DNA of 64,000 bases from Tubulanus polymorphus (Eukaryota; Animalia; Nemertea). Below are positions 27,711 through 41,509 of the stretch, piece by piece. The stretch's first letter is position 1, and every line of letters begins with the position of its first letter. The translations under genes were made by a program, and so were the position numbers. The stretch spans positions 11,234,962-11,298,961 of the forward strand of contig NC_134034.1 of assembly GCF_964204645.1 (NCBI RefSeq), in the 5' to 3' direction. The notes beneath the pieces were generated by a model. The model was not told the origin of the DNA, ran no database searches, and saw only the letters and a program-made list of their open reading frames with translations.

Positions 27711-28659
27711 GAATGTAGGCGATGACTGGTCCTCGGGTCCTTGGGGCTGAGATCGCGTTTTGTGAATTGCGATGTTTGATATTTTGAAGACACGTGACTC
27801 GCCCTATGATATTTCGCGTGTTCACGTGTCAGATCGAGTCTCTGATGTCAATTAAATTAAAATGAACCCAATTAGAATAATTACCAGCCGATATCTGGCG
27901 ATGGTTCATTGATGTTATCAGAGACCAATTACACACTCACACAGTCGCGCGCTATCAGCGAACATTAGATTTAAAAAAAAACCTCATGAAATTCAAATTC
28001 TTCAATTGAATAATTTTTCGATTTAGAAAATTAAAAAGATGAAATTGAAATGATTCTTTTCATCCGAGGACGATCAGAAGTTAGCGACAGATTCGATCCG
28101 AGAAACTAGATACACAAGATTCTACGACTCCTGCACTGACTGCCTCTTTGTTAAACATCGCTTAGAAACAAGGCTAACAAATTGATACCTTGGTCTCTTT
28201 TCTGATGAGCTGTAAAGTAGACCCCGGCCGGCCGCCTATCTACCCTGTACATTACTTTTTTCAAACCATGATCAGGCTAACAATAACAGACCCAGCATTA
28301 TAGAAATGGACTGATAACAAATTTCATAGCAATTTACAAATGTAACCCAGCGCCGATTAGGAGAAACAAGTTATACATTTTATTTAGCCGAATGTACTTT
28401 TTTCTGTTTAAGAATCAATCAACCGCAAAAAAAAACTAATCGTTTTTTTTTTGCGGTAGATTTATTCTTAAACAGCAAAAAGTACATTCGGAACTCAAAA
28501 GTGCTACACTTGAAATTACGTTGGCTAATGGAAGTGTAGCGTGATATGACTGATGCCGTCTTTTGGGAACTGAGTATAAGTGTTTCGTCGGTAATTGGGG
28601 AATGCATTTGGATTGAGAAAAATTAACAGTTTTCAAATTTAGCTCGGAACGGGTTAGAA

Positions 28660-29075
28660 TTCAATTGTGGATCTGTGTTCAGAGTCAAATTAAACTCACG
28701 CAACTGTGGAACTGAATCCAGAGTCAAATTAAACCCACACAACCGTGGAAGTGGATCCGGAGCTAGACTAAGCCCACAATGTGGAATTGGGTTCATTGTC
28801 AAATTAAAACCCACACACCTGTGGAACTTGGTTCAGAGTCAAATTAAACCCACACAACTGTGGAAGTGGATCCGGAGCTAGATTAAGCCCACAATGTGGA
28901 ATTGGGTTCATAGTCAAATTAAAACGACACAACTGTGGAACTGGATCCAGAGTCAAATCAAACCCACTTTACTGTGGAATTGGATTTATCGTCAAATTAA
29001 ACCCACACAACTGTGGAACTGGATCCAGAGTCAAATGAAACCCCACTGTGAAGCCGGTTGCAGAGTCAAATTAAA
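28660..29075 (-). repeat. Tandem array of about 40-bp units (ACTGTGGAACTGGATCCAGAGTCAAATTAAACCCACACA)
   Basis: About 10 copies, each containing the family A TIR core TGTGGAACTGG. Confidence 0.88.
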
Positions 29076-29736
29076 TACATGGTTCTGGAAAATACAGCGC
29101 GACCCAGTTTTCGGATACGGCACACATTTTTCGGTACGATTTGGTCAGAGGAATTCATACCGATAGCAGTACAGTCACTCAGGCAGATAGATGATGGACG
29201 TTTTTACGTTGACATTCCCTGCCTTGTCTATTGTCAGAACAGTATACACTCCCGTCCGTCGTGACGTATCTTGCGAGGCAATCTGATAGGTCATCATTTA
29301 TCTATCTGTATCTATCGTATAACATGTAAACCTGCCCCGAAGTGAAGTGAGTGCGGTTGAAAGTAGTTAGGATCAATAAACGCCACGGTCGCTGTCGGTG
29401 GAATGTGAACCACGAAAAGATGATTATATCATCATTCATTATCCAGAGGCAAAGATGTATAAACCGAGCGATGATCGTAGTAAACTCGAGCGTTCGCGTA
29501 AGGTTCGTAATCTATTTGGCCCCATCATTTTCTCGCTCAATCTCTGAAACTCAATCCCCCCTCTCTCTCTCTCTCGCTCTCTCAGCTCTCTCTTAAGCGC
29601 TCACATATTAATGAATTAGTTTCAGCTTACAAAATAAGCATTTCTAGTATCTGTTTGCAATAATTGTCTGAATAATTGGATTTATTGCTAGACGTTTTTT
29701 TTGTAAACATCGTTAGCTCCATTCGATCCCCCGATG

Positions 29737-29905
29737 GACTGGCTGGTTGACTGACTGACTGTCTGTCTGTCTGTCTGACTGACTGACTGACTGACTGACT
29801 GACTGACTGACTGTCTGTCTGTCCGTCTGACTGACTGACTGACTGACTGACTGACTGACTGACTGACTGACTGGCTGGCTGACTGACTAGTGACTGACTG
29901 GCTGG
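29737..29905. repeat. (GACT/GTCT/GGCT)n tetranucleotide microsatellite
   Basis: Seen directly. Confidence 0.95.
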
Positions 29906-31117
29906 TTGAAAGAGTAAATATATCTGTTTCCCACCTGTAAATTCCCGAAATGCTGGCAATATTGATAAGTCATCAACTGCAAGAAACGTTTTCCAACTAA
30001 TAATCGTCGAAGTGTGTCCCTGGATCCGCCTCTGCATCAGCCTGAACGTTTTGAAAAAGCCCACCACCTTCGTGTTGGCTCTGGTGTTTCACAAGGCGAC
30101 AGTCTGTCTCCCACACAAAGCACAGTTTAAAAAAACATATGAAAATTGTTATACGCTTGAAGAAAATAGAGATAACCAGTAAACAATATCGTTATGCAAT
30201 TGAGGCGGCGACAGGACGCGCTGATAAACACTGACATTTCATTTGGTTGAATAGTTCACTAGGAATTGCTAGAATCAAAGATCTGTAAATATCATCATAA
30301 AAATGACGCGCCCTCGATTGGATAGAACACGCTCGAAGACATGTTGTTTAAGAGTCGAATTTCGTTTGAGTTAGAGGATCTGAGAAATAACGGCGTATTT
30401 CTACTCGCTCGCGTTCAACGATATCGGTTATAAACTTGTTGTGATGGGAAAAGGCCGCCTTTAAATTTTTGACGGCGTGAAAACGGTTGAAATAATGTTT
30501 ATATACATCGATACCTTAAAGTATGCGTTGTTTATTGGGTTCAGCCTGATCTACGAGCAATCATCTCAAGATGATTGCTGATATAATATTGTTGATATAG
30601 TTAATATAGTTGAGATAATTGCTCGTAGGCCTGATCAACATGACTTCATACCGAAATCATAACGTGCGCCAAGAAGAAAAACAAATAACGATGGTATGTG
30701 ATAAGTTAATTTAGTTCGAGAAAATGAAATGTAGTAATAGACGACCGTGCGCCACACCCTCGGGAGTTACATCATCCGCGGGTATATCGTACATATATAA
30801 TAAACTGCGTCGTCGTTTCGTGTGTTGATTTTCATCGATTTAGCGCTTTACGATGAGTCGGATCTTTAGGCTAAAAATGATACCTTGTTTGTGCCTATTA
30901 GGCCGGGTCGCATCTGTGTTAACTCCGAAACAATTCGTATTCAGTTCATATCTCACTAGCTGCCTCGGTCTGTAATGTGGCTAGCTTGATCATCATTTCA
31001 AAGAAAAAGTAATGTAAATTATAGGGTGGCTGACCGGGTCAAATTTCTAAGCTCGGCAGATTTGAGAAACGAGGTATCAATTTTTTTTACTCTAGCCTTG
31101 TACACATTAATTACAAT

Positions 31118-31515
<398 letters not shown>

Positions 31516-32442
31516 TGAGATATTGATGGAGTCGTCGTTTTCTGCATGAATATCTATATATACCCGAATATCATCTGATTTCCCCGTGGCGACATTTTGT
31601 TACGGTCGTGTCATCTCGTTGTACGTGCCGTATATAATGTGCAAATTACTCGTAAAACACATCATCAATGCGTATATTCTATTCGCTTCTGGCAGCGAAA
31701 GGGAATTTGATTTCTTTTCCTTTTTTTTGAGTGACTGAACGTCAATTTTAGAAACAAGCTTTCTAGCTCGCATTAGTAATAGGCCATACATGTAGATGTA
31801 TGATACATGTAATTGCAGCACAAGAGGTTTGTATAGAGGTGGGGCGGCGGCTGGTTGCCTAACTGTCGTTTTTCTGTCATTTCGCTTTTGTATCTATGAA
31901 GTAGTTTATGGAACAAATATTTGAACGTGATAATCATGAATAATTCTGCTGTACATTACACACAAAAAAGAAATCAAATTCATTTATTCCTCATAAATCA
32001 AGGTTCATGATTGTGAATGGAGAAAAAGGTAAAAACAAAATCAAAAACAAAAAAACAAAAAAATAGAAAGCGGGACTAAAACAATCAAGCGAAGAGAGAT
32101 ATATTTACAAGCACGTGATATATAAATGTAATATATCGCGATTTTAAAGAAAATTCTAAAGGTTTAAAAGTCTAGGTTTAAATTTACAATATCATATCTA
32201 ATGGGGTACCCGCAGTGCTACCGTGGCAATCGAGGATTCGACTCATGGCAGTCGAGGATCCGCCAGGTTCGCTAGTAGATAGTTGGTCGACCGCGTTCGA
32301 TTTCCTTCGACATTTCAATTAGATCTGAACGAACTTTTCTCTTAAATGAATCAATTATCTATGAAAAATATATCGATATCTGATTAGAAGAATGAAAGTA
32401 TTTGTTGGTGAGTCCTGTGATAGTAGGCCTATATGGAATCAG

Positions 32443-32627
32443 GGCCCCGTTGCACAGTCGTGACTTAAGTCCAAAAGTGGTCTCAAATCTTAAGACTGGT
32501 CTTAAGTTGTTAGATTGGCTATAGAACTAAGTTGGTCGTAGACTGGTCTTAAGTTGTAAGATTGGCTATAGAACTAAGTTGGTCTTAGACTGGTCTTAAG
32601 TCTAAGCCATGACTATGCAACCGGTCC
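32443..32627. mobile_element. MITE family B (Harbinger-like) with an internal tandem repeat of about 45 bp
   Basis: TIRs GGCCCCGTTGCACAGTCGTG / GGACCGGTTGCATAGTCATG with CAG/CTG flanks. Related copies lie at about 59838-59975 and 47870-47990. Confidence 0.75.
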
Positions 32628-34290
32628 CTGGAGTCTAAAAATCCAGCTCAAAGTTCATTGAAAATGAACTAATTTTGAAAACGAGCAACCTACTGCTCGT
32701 CACGCCATCTAACGGAAAAGCTGGTTTTGTGGGTATCCCATTCTTAGGTTCTTTTGACAGTTTACAGCATAGAAAAAACAACGAGCATAAACCTCGAGCC
32801 TTGTACTTTTAAGGAAAGTAATTCGCACGGGGTTTTATTGGCCCTTTCTGTCTCGTGGTTTGGTTTTGACTTTGCCGCTTCGAATCCCTGGTGAAACCAT
32901 AGTTTTTCGTGACATATTCAAAGCATGTTTTTTTTCGGAAATCTTTTTTGTCGAATCCTAATTCAATTTTTCGACATTCTAATTCTTTGAAAACCTTATT
33001 CGATATCTTTGTTCGTACATCCGAAATTTCCCAAATGTTTCCTGTAGGTTTTAAGGCATGCATATTTCAAAGATTTTTCCTCGGCCGAATAAGACAATCG
33101 AACAAACTTAAGTTAGTGAAACGAAGCTAGAAAAATGTTTTGTCGGTTTTTCTAGCGAATTGATGGAAAAATTTCCGAAACTCTTAACGGCAGCTGCATC
33201 TGTACGGACGGATTATGTAGCGGTGTACATCAGCTGCTGTAGATATAAACGATCGAAAGTATTTTGTAAAAGGCAGACTCGCGCGAAACTATTTCAGATT
33301 GTTGTGGATCTAATTCCGTTCACGCCGAGGCTGAAAATAAGTTGTTGAAGCTTCTCAGAAAAACGCATCCTCGCCGTTCTAGATCTGGGTTTAGTAACGA
33401 TGTCAGGGTATAGCCGGTTAGTGAACTTTAGAAGAGCATTGTTTTCATTTCAACATCATTAAAAAAGGTTTTCTAATTGCACGTCAAAACGATATCATCA
33501 TCATCATCATAGCAGGCTGCTTAGCGATAATTTGCGCCATGCTGCACTTGGTATGTCATGTTTAGCCCTATATGTTTGTAATCTTTCTTATCTGATAAAG
33601 GTTTGATTTGATATTTGAAAAAAAAATGTGGACCCAATTCAACAGTTCAAAGATAGTTGACTCAAATAATCAATATCAAATGTTTTACCGCTAATTTACT
33701 CCATCTGGGATCCTGGCCACAGTCCAAGCCGTGAAAATAAACCCAAAACAGTATAAGCTTATCAGTTACCCTCGTGTCAGATCCGGAGGCTTCGATTTTT
33801 AGCCACTGTATTCCGATATTCAAAATATACATCTATGTTAATGTACAGAATCACAAAAGACTTTTAATTCAGCAGCTATTGTCTTAAATTCGCCGATTAG
33901 AATCGATTTAAATTTGTGGGTCGGGCTGTGGAGATCTAAAAGATCGAACGTTGCTCGCACTTATCCGGTTAATACTATTTCACGGCAGCTATAATTCAGG
34001 ACTTGCGGCGCGCGTGGTTTTCTATTCAACGGGCGTCTGTTTCTAGACAAGTATTAGATGTGGTACTGGTAGAACAAAAAAAGGCTAAAGCTCTATAGGA
34101 TATTAATACAGCATATTGTGTGTAATTTGATTTTCGCTGAAGGCTTTTTCATTCGAATGAAATCCAAGCGCGACGCGTGGCGTGCGCAATATCGAACCAG
34201 ACGAAACTCGAATACCGGGAACACCTGCGCTTATTTCACCGGCGCTTGTGTCTGAATAGACCACATCTCTGTCACATTCGGCTGCCTAGG

Positions 34291-34371
34291 TCCGATCAGG
34301 CAGCATAAGTACCGATCAGACAGCTTCGGTACGGATCAGACAGCACCAACTGACACCGATCAGACAGCACC
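34291..34371. repeat. Repeat of about 20 bp (CCGATCAGACAGC core), 4 copies
   Basis: Seen directly. Confidence 0.75.
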
Positions 34372-35139
34372 AGGAAGTTGCCATCTCTGTTAATTTCCAC
34401 ACGTGTATGACGCACTAAATTAGAGGATTATTGTCATCTAGGATTATCATCATCCCGCGACACAGCGTCATCATCTATACCCCCCTTACTCTCCCTATCT
34501 CTCTGACTCTTCACCGAAACAGAGTTTATCTACTTCACAACAGGCTACTGAGTGATAACCGGATCATCAGATAAACTGTATGACCTTATAATATCCTTGA
34601 TCGGTTGATATAGGATCGTGTTTTTTTCTACTTCAAGTTCTTTCTAAGGATTAGCGCGTGAACACGCAGTCACCGTCGCGCTTTGCGAGGGATAATCCTG
34701 GTTTATCAAAGATTAACACGGATTATCTTTGCGTGGATCGTTTAGAAGCGTGTCGGCTCTGCGAGTTAGGATAAACTGGCGACCAGCTGCTGGACGGTTA
34801 TAGAGGCTGCGGGTTTGTGAGTAGAGCTCGGGGTTCGACGCTACGAACTCACCCCTCCCATGCTTCAGACACTATGTAGCCTACTTCGGGATCTTTTAGC
34901 TCAATTTTTGCCGATTCAGCGCATTGCAATAGATACATATACATCAAACACCTCTTAACCGATGGTTCTTTGGATTATACGGATTATGTACTAAGCGTTT
35001 CTTGTGCGGTTGTTGTAATTGGCTTATAACCGCGTAGATCGGCTGTCGGGTCAATTTTATATCGTTCCCGCCGGTAATGCGCTTATGTATCGGGCGGAGA
35101 GGAGCCTATCGCGGATTATAGCACCGGTAACGCGTCTTT

Positions 35140-35429
35140 AGTCAGTCAGTCAGTCAGTGTGCCAGTGTACCAGTGTGCGCGCTCCTCTTCTTCGTGGTTG
35201 TTCCCGCGGACGGTTGTTTGGATTATTCCCCGGTGTACTGGAGCGCCACAATCCGCACCAGTTACTGGCGGACGGTGAATACTTCTCAGGAATAAAGCCC
35301 TCTCTCATTCCTCTCTTTCAAACTAACACGTTTATCGGGATTAATTTGTCGCGTGTCGAGTGTAGTAATCTCTCGTCGCGGAAGGTGTGAACGATTAGTC
35401 GGCGGTGAGTCGGCTTCGGCGACAAAACG
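35140..35429 (+). other. Candidate alternative non-coding first exon
   Basis: Begins at repeated TCAGT (initiator-like), is CpG-rich and ends at ACG|GTAAGT. A second donor GCG|GTGAGT lies at 35404. A possible following exon spans 35523-35635 (TTTATAG| ... ACG|GTAAGT). Confidence 0.4.
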
Positions 35430-37646
35430 GTAAGTGATAAACGAGGTCACGTGGTTTGTCTCTAGATAAATCTTTTGAAATCATCAATTTTACCTTTTAA
35501 CTTTTGCGACACAGCTTTATAGATCGTGAGATAAAAGATTCGTGATTGTGAGTTCTGTAGATTGTGAGATTGTGAGATTGACATGACAGATCCCCGAAAT
35601 TTGTAAGATCATATTAACTTTGGTTGTCATGTACGGTAAGTCTCCAAAACTGACGGGCAAACCGGCAATCCGGCAAACCGGCAAACTATGAGGCCACGTG
35701 CACGGTCTATATTCTGACTCACGACGCTGGACTTAGATGAACTGGACAGTGGCGCATTTGGGTGAGGGCAATGGGCCACTTGCTAGCCCCCAAAAAGTGT
35801 CCGGATAAATCTTGGACCAACCTTTCGGCGCATTGTGTCTTGAATTATCTTTTTTGATCTCCATTGAAAATTAATGTTTTGACATAGAATTCAGTACTCC
35901 CCAAAACTATTTTGAGTGAGCCGTGAGAATGCGACAAACACCCAAAATTCTAGGAACATTGATTTCGGCTAGCTGATGTTTTTATTTTTTGGTGCAAATG
36001 TAGATATGTAATTATCGAAAGATCCAGTTATTTGAAACTATTTCAGATTTTGAAAATTGGTCTTCTGCTGTTTTGCCCGAGAGAGTGGACGGTTGTTTAT
36101 TAAGGATCACGACTTCAAGATGCGTCTAAAACGCATATTGCGGGCTTCAGTTTTAGGAAATCTGCCCCTGCTGAATCCAGAGTTACATTTCAGAGACTCT
36201 GAGTCAATTCACTGGAAATGAACTGGTTTGAACTAACTCGGAACTGTGGAACTGGATTCTGCTTGAATCGAATTCAACGTCAAATTCTGGAATTCTCTTC
36301 TTGCGTGCTTGTTTCTACCAGAATAGGTAGAGAGTTTGTAATCCGAAATTCACATTTTCTAAACTTAAATACGAGATGTACACGGACACAATTAGTTGTT
36401 TTTGGAAAACAATTATAAGAGTTTAAATATAGAGATATGTCGTTGATGTTCGGCAAAATAACTGCAATAAAACTTTCACTTTTTTTAAACGTCAACCATC
36501 GCGACAAACCTCGCGCCTGCTGATATCCGAAAATCTATATCGAATTAAACTTCTACGAACTATTTCGGAATGTAATTTCAGTTCGCGCGTATACAACCAG
36601 TACTCATTCAATAGTGTGTGCCTCGGAGCAATCAACGAGCCTTGAAAAAACAACTACCGTACTGTAACTCAGTTTGTCTTAACTAATTGGATAAAAGCGA
36701 AGGGAAATAGAATTAAGTCAATTTCCTGTAAATACTGATGGTGTCGGCCATCTTACTTAATGACAAGTTTCCTATTTGTATATACACGCAGTTAGGGAGG
36801 TATGCGATATGGCCATTTCCGTTAATCACCTATAATGACGTCATAACGTAAAAAGACTCGATGAAACCAACTATGAACGATGAGAATGTTAAATTTGCTA
36901 ATTCTACAAAATGGTGACCGACGTCATAAGGGGATCTATCGAGGCAGCCATGCTTTACTGGAAAAATGTTTGAAAAATCTCACTCAGCACTGATGAATGC
37001 AATAGCACATCACGCCTTATCCTGATGAGCTATCGAATAGTGATGTCATATGGGGATTTTATGAAAGGGAGGCATTCTTTTTATGGAAGATAGTTTAGAT
37101 AATTAATCCGTGGTCTCGGGGGTCTAAAGTCAGTCCAAATAAAAAAGCTTTTGTGATTAGTTTGCAGCCACAGCCGATCTATATGAAGTCGCTTTGAGCT
37201 GGATATCTGTGATTCTCTGTTTGTTGTTGTTCCTTGTACATTTTTGTTGTCTATATTTATAAATTGCCTAACGATGTTTTGACCTTTAGTCGTTTGAAGT
37301 GAGATTCTTCAAACGGCGTTCATCGTCTCTATGCAGTTTTTAATGAGATTACACGATATTTCGCCTCTTTTCATCGCGACCTGTTTCTCTATCTTGAATG
37401 CAGGGAGAACTAACGTTAAGTCTTTTGGATGTTTAAAAAAGTCGTGGCCAAAGAATGCGGGTAGTTAAGTGATTAGTAACAACCAGTGACCGTTGATCAC
37501 GACGTTGACCGGACAAACTTCCAAACGTTTCTCCATCTCTCTCCCGCCCTCTCCTCTGCATAGTAACAACCGATTCCTACTCACGACTGATCACCACAGA
37601 ACTGGCCACGTTGACCACGCAAACTTCCAAACTAGATCCGTTACTG

Positions 37647-37722
37647 ACAGCTCGGCCGTACTGTAATGGTTAGTATGCTTACCTGGCGTGCTGTCGATCC
37701 TGGGTTCGAGTCCGCATAGTGT
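37647..37722 (+). mobile_element. tRNA-derived SINE head or tRNA pseudogene
   Basis: A-box-like TGTAATGGTTAG and B box GGTTCGAGTCC at tRNA spacing, but no valid acceptor or anticodon stems. Confidence 0.5.
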
Positions 37723-38124
37723 AAGGATAGGGTTAGTATTCAGCAGGGGGCATTTTGGTTAAATAATGTTCACCTTTTGCGCGGCAACTGTTGCCATTTT
37801 GTACGAAACGTTGCTTTGTAATATCTCATTTGTTTTGAAATTATCGGCTTATTTTACTTGTAACTGGATTCAAAAACGCAGGAGATGCCGTGTTTCCTCC
37901 CCTCTTTCTATCTCCCTCTCCCTCCCTGCTTGGTGACATTGATTTTTTCTTCGTGTGCCTCGCGTGTGTAATTTACATTTATTTGATGTTAGCTTAAGAT
38001 CGGATTTCAACGACTTGTGTCGGTTGTATTCTATTTGAATTCTCCCTCAGTTTGACGTGTGTGCGTGTATGTTCTCTCTTTCACGATTGTGTTTGGAATA
38101 CTTTGTCGATCCGGCGCTCTCTCC

Positions 38125-39150
38125 TCTCCCTCCCTTCCCGCCTCTCCCTCCCTTCCCGCCTCTCCCTCCCTTCCCGTCTCTCCCTCCCTTCCCGCCTCTC
38201 CCTCCCTTCCCGTCTCTCCCTCCCTTCCCGCCTCTCCCTCCCTTCCCGCCTCTCCCTCCCTTCCCGTCTCTCCCTCCCTTCCCGCCTCTCCCTCCCTTCC
38301 CGTCTCTCCCTCCCTTCCCGCCTCTCCCTCCCTTCCCGCCTCTCCCTCCCTTCCCGCCTCTCCCTCCCTTCCCGTCTCTCCCTCCCTTCCCGTCTCTCCC
38401 TCCCTTCCCGCCTCTCCCTCCCTTCCCGCCTCTCCCTCCCTTCCCGTCTCTCCCTCCCTTCCCGCCTCTCCCTCCCTTCCCGTCTCTCCCTCCCTTCCCG
38501 CCTCTCCCTCCCTTCCCGCCTCTCCCTCCCTTCCCGTCTCTCCCTCCCTTCCCGTCTCTCCCTCCCTTCCCGCCTCTCCCTCCCTTCCCGCCTCTCCCTC
38601 CCTTCCCGTCTCTCCCTCCCTTCCCGCCTCTCCCTCCCTTCCCGTCTCTCCCTCCCTTCCCGCCTCTCCCTCCCTTCCCGCCTCTCCCTCCCTTCCCGTC
38701 TCTCCCTCCCTTCCCGTCTCTCCCTCCCTTCCCGCCTCTCCCTCCCTTCCCGCCTCTCCCTCCCTTCCCGTCTCTCCCTCCCTTCCCGCCTCTCCCTCCC
38801 TTCCCGCCTCTCCCTCCCTTCCCGCCTCTCCCTCCCTTCCCGTCTCTCCCTCCCTTCCCGTCTCTCCCTCCCTTCCCGCCTCTCCCTCCCTTCCCGCCTC
38901 TCCCTCCCTTCCCGTCTCTCCCTCCCTTCCCGCCTCTCCCTCCCTTCCCGTCTCTCCCTCCCTTCCCGCCTCTCCCTCCCTTCCCGCCTCTCCCTCCCTT
39001 CCCGCCTCTCCCTCCCTTCCCGTCTCTCCCTCCCTTCCCGTCTCTCCCTCCCTTCCCGCCTCTCCCTCCCTTCCCGCCTCTCCCTCCCTTCCCGTCTCTC
39101 CCTCCCTTCCCGCCTCTCCCTCCCTTCCCGCCTCTCCCTCCCTTCCCGTC
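38125..39150. repeat. 18-bp minisatellite, 57 units (TCTCCCTCCCTTCCCGYC)
   Basis: Units counted from the SPSLP[A/V] translation. One C/T site varies. Confidence 0.97.
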
Positions 39151-39655
39151 TCTCTCTCTCTCTCTTAACCTCTACCTTTCTCCTCCCCCACCCTTCCCGT
39201 CTCTCCTCTACCTCTTCCTATCCCACCCTTCCCGTCTCTCTCTCTTAACCTCTACCTTTCTCCTCCCCCACCCTTCCCGTCTCTCCTCTACCTCTTCCTA
39301 TCCCACCCTTCCCGTCTCACTCTCTTAACCTCTACCTTTCTCCTCCCCCACCCTTCCCGTCTCACTCTCTGTCTCTACTACTTCTCTTAATGCATACCTC
39401 TCTCCTCTCTACCTCCTACATCCTCTTCCCCTCTCTCTCTCTCTACCTCTCTCCTCTTTCTTCTTTCCCTTCCTTCCAGTCTCTCCCCTCTCCATCTCCT
39501 CTCTCCCCTCCCATCCTCTCTCCATCTCTCGCTCATCCCCTCAATCCCCTTTCTCCTACCCTCCATCTTTTCTCCATCTCTCGCTCCCTGTCTCCTTCTC
39601 TATCTGTTTCGCTTTCCCCTTTTCCTCTCCCCCTCCGTCTCTCCCTCCCTCTCTA
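39151..39655. repeat. 80-bp CT-rich tandem repeat (about 2.5 copies) grading into a polypyrimidine tract
   Basis: CTCTTAACCTCTACCTTTCTCCTCCCCCACCCTTCCCGT recurs every 80 bp. Confidence 0.85.
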
Positions 39656-40041
39656 TCTAATATGCACAACAGCCCGATTGCTGTGTCACGGCAATCAGCC
39701 TTTTTGCTTTTCTTCATTCAACATCTAATATTTATTTAATCGAATTTTCGTCGGTAAGTAAATTAAACATTGATAGTTTCGGTTCCTAACGCCCTGTTCG
39801 CGCTTTTCATCGCTTGTTTTCTCTTGTTTTCGTGTGTAAACGAATTTGTGGCGAAAAAAATACATCATTAACGCATTCAGGACAATGAACAACGGCCGTT
39901 AGAGGGCGTACATTTCAGAAAGGAGCGTACACACGAAGAAAGGTAGTCATTTCGTGTAGGTTAATTCGATTCTATTTCAAACTTTCGACACTTGCGATAG
40001 AAAGTGATGACGAAAAAAATGCATACCGAGATAATTTTCTG

Positions 40042-40149
40042 GGTCCAGTTCCACAGTCGTGAGTTAAGATTTGTCTCAGAGTTAACTCATTGAAAATGAA
40101 CTAACTTTAACTCAGAGTTAACTCTTACTCACGACTGTGGAACTGGGTC
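40042..40149. mobile_element. Intact 108-bp MITE family A, PIF/Harbinger-like
   Basis: TIR core CCAGTTCCACAGTCGTGAGT is perfect on both ends, with a CTG TSD (40039-40041, 40150-40152). Other copies lie at 7188-7331, about 8072-8120 and about 36172-36260. Confidence 0.85.
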
Positions 40150-40267
40150 CTGGTCTTCGTAGTCTCCGTTAGGCCGGGTTGCGCTTTCTGCGTGGGTAAA
40201 GTATAACATCGGGTTATTAACACTGAAACGATACAGTTATTACAGTCAGTTATCCACTTCTTTGATC

Positions 40268-40544
40268 AGGAACCATTCATGGCGAAAAATGGTTCTCCAA
40301 AAACTTTATTAGGTGTAAAGGTTCTCCAAACCTTCCGAGAGGTCGGTTCTCCGAAGAACTTTATCAGGTGTAAGAGTTCTCCATAAAGCTTCTCCTAAGA
40401 ACCTCACGAGATGGTTCCTTTTCATTAGTCGAAAGGTTCCTCAAGGAACAATCGTAAGGGTGTAGAACCAGGCTAAAACGGTTCTTCGAAGAACCTGGGT
40501 CCTCCCTCAGCGGGAAAACCGAAGAGCCCCATTTTTCTAAGAGT
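40268..40544. mobile_element. GGTTC/GAACC-rich non-autonomous DNA element remnant
   Basis: Dense direct and inverted GGTTCT/AGAACC subrepeats. The right end reads ACTCTTAGAAAAAT on the minus strand, resembling CACT-type termini (inference). Confidence 0.35.
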
Positions 40545-41370
40545 TTACTATAACCTAAACCAACATCGAGCAAAAATGACCCCGGAACTTATCCCGCTTA
40601 CAAAGAAAAGAAATGTAGATGATTTGAATTGACGGAGCTTCGCTCAAGAGATATGTACTGAAATCTCGAGGAAGAAATGGTGACCGTGACATTATACAAA
40701 GTGCCCGAAGCAACCAAATCCCTACTAAAGCCAGACTTGATCGATGGCGCTTTTAGCAAAAACACGCTTCAACATGAGTTTTACGTTACTGGACGCTGGT
40801 ATTATTATCTTTGAACTCTTTTTCGCCCCGTGTCATTAAGAAAAGCTTCCGCGTAACGCGCTGTGTCCCGCAGCTATCATAGTCTCGTCCGACTCCGTCC
40901 GTTGATACGTTTTAGATATAGAACGAGTGTTCTTTTTTTCTAATAGCGTCAATGTTCTCGAGCCCCCGAGCGCGGCTTGAAACATAAGTATAACAGCACG
41001 CAGAGACGAGTGTCCTCCACGCTGCGCGCACGGAAGTCGTCAGAATTAGGTTCTTACGCAACCGGACTTTTTTTGTTCGATTCTTGGAAACTATTGACGT
41101 CGGCTTCGAATCCCACCGAGCGGGGGCGGGAGCGATTGGGGCAGGGCGGGGGCAGTTGGGGCTGTGGAGGGGGGGGGGGGCACATTTTTGTTATTTCATC
41201 CACCAAAGATTATAACCCATATTATATCTAAGTTTGTAAGATTGAAATGAAATAGGGATTTCGTGGTGGGGGATGGACAAAAGTTTGTTAATTCGCACTC
41301 TATTGCGGTCATATTGGCAAAATCCGAGATGGCCGAGGTGTATTTTGAAAGGTATACGATTTTACCGGAT

Positions 41371-41405
41371 ACCGGAAGTAGTACCTGAACAAAACAAAAT
41401 GGCGG
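41371..41405 (+). promoter_or_regulatory. ETS (CCGGAAGT) plus YY1-like (CAAAATGGCGG) motif pair
   Basis: Both consensus motifs occur within 35 bp, about 105 bp upstream of the coding-exon acceptor. Confidence 0.35.
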
Positions 41406-41509
41406 TTTTTTTAATCGTAGTATTGTAAGCTTTTACAGTTAAGGATCTAGAGGGTTAGACAAATTTTAAGAATGTTTGTAAGTCAGATTATTTTCTTGTT
41501 TGTTGACAG

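Noticed and set aside
37021-37065. Hammerhead ribozyme (CTGATGA followed by a GCTAT/ATAGT stem)
   Set aside because: The stem is followed by GAT rather than GAAA, and no stems I or III are evident. Other CTGANGA sites (167, 9826, 28202, 55896) also lack a valid core.
37647-37722. Functional tRNA gene
   Set aside because: A and B boxes are present but the cloverleaf stems do not pair. It is kept only as a SINE-head candidate.
38052-39328. Long ORFs (398, 423 and 369 aa), including an extensin-like SPSLP repeat with a hydrophobic N-terminus
   Set aside because: All three frames are open only because the 18-bp unit lacks stops. The signal-like frame has no ATG and there is no splice support.
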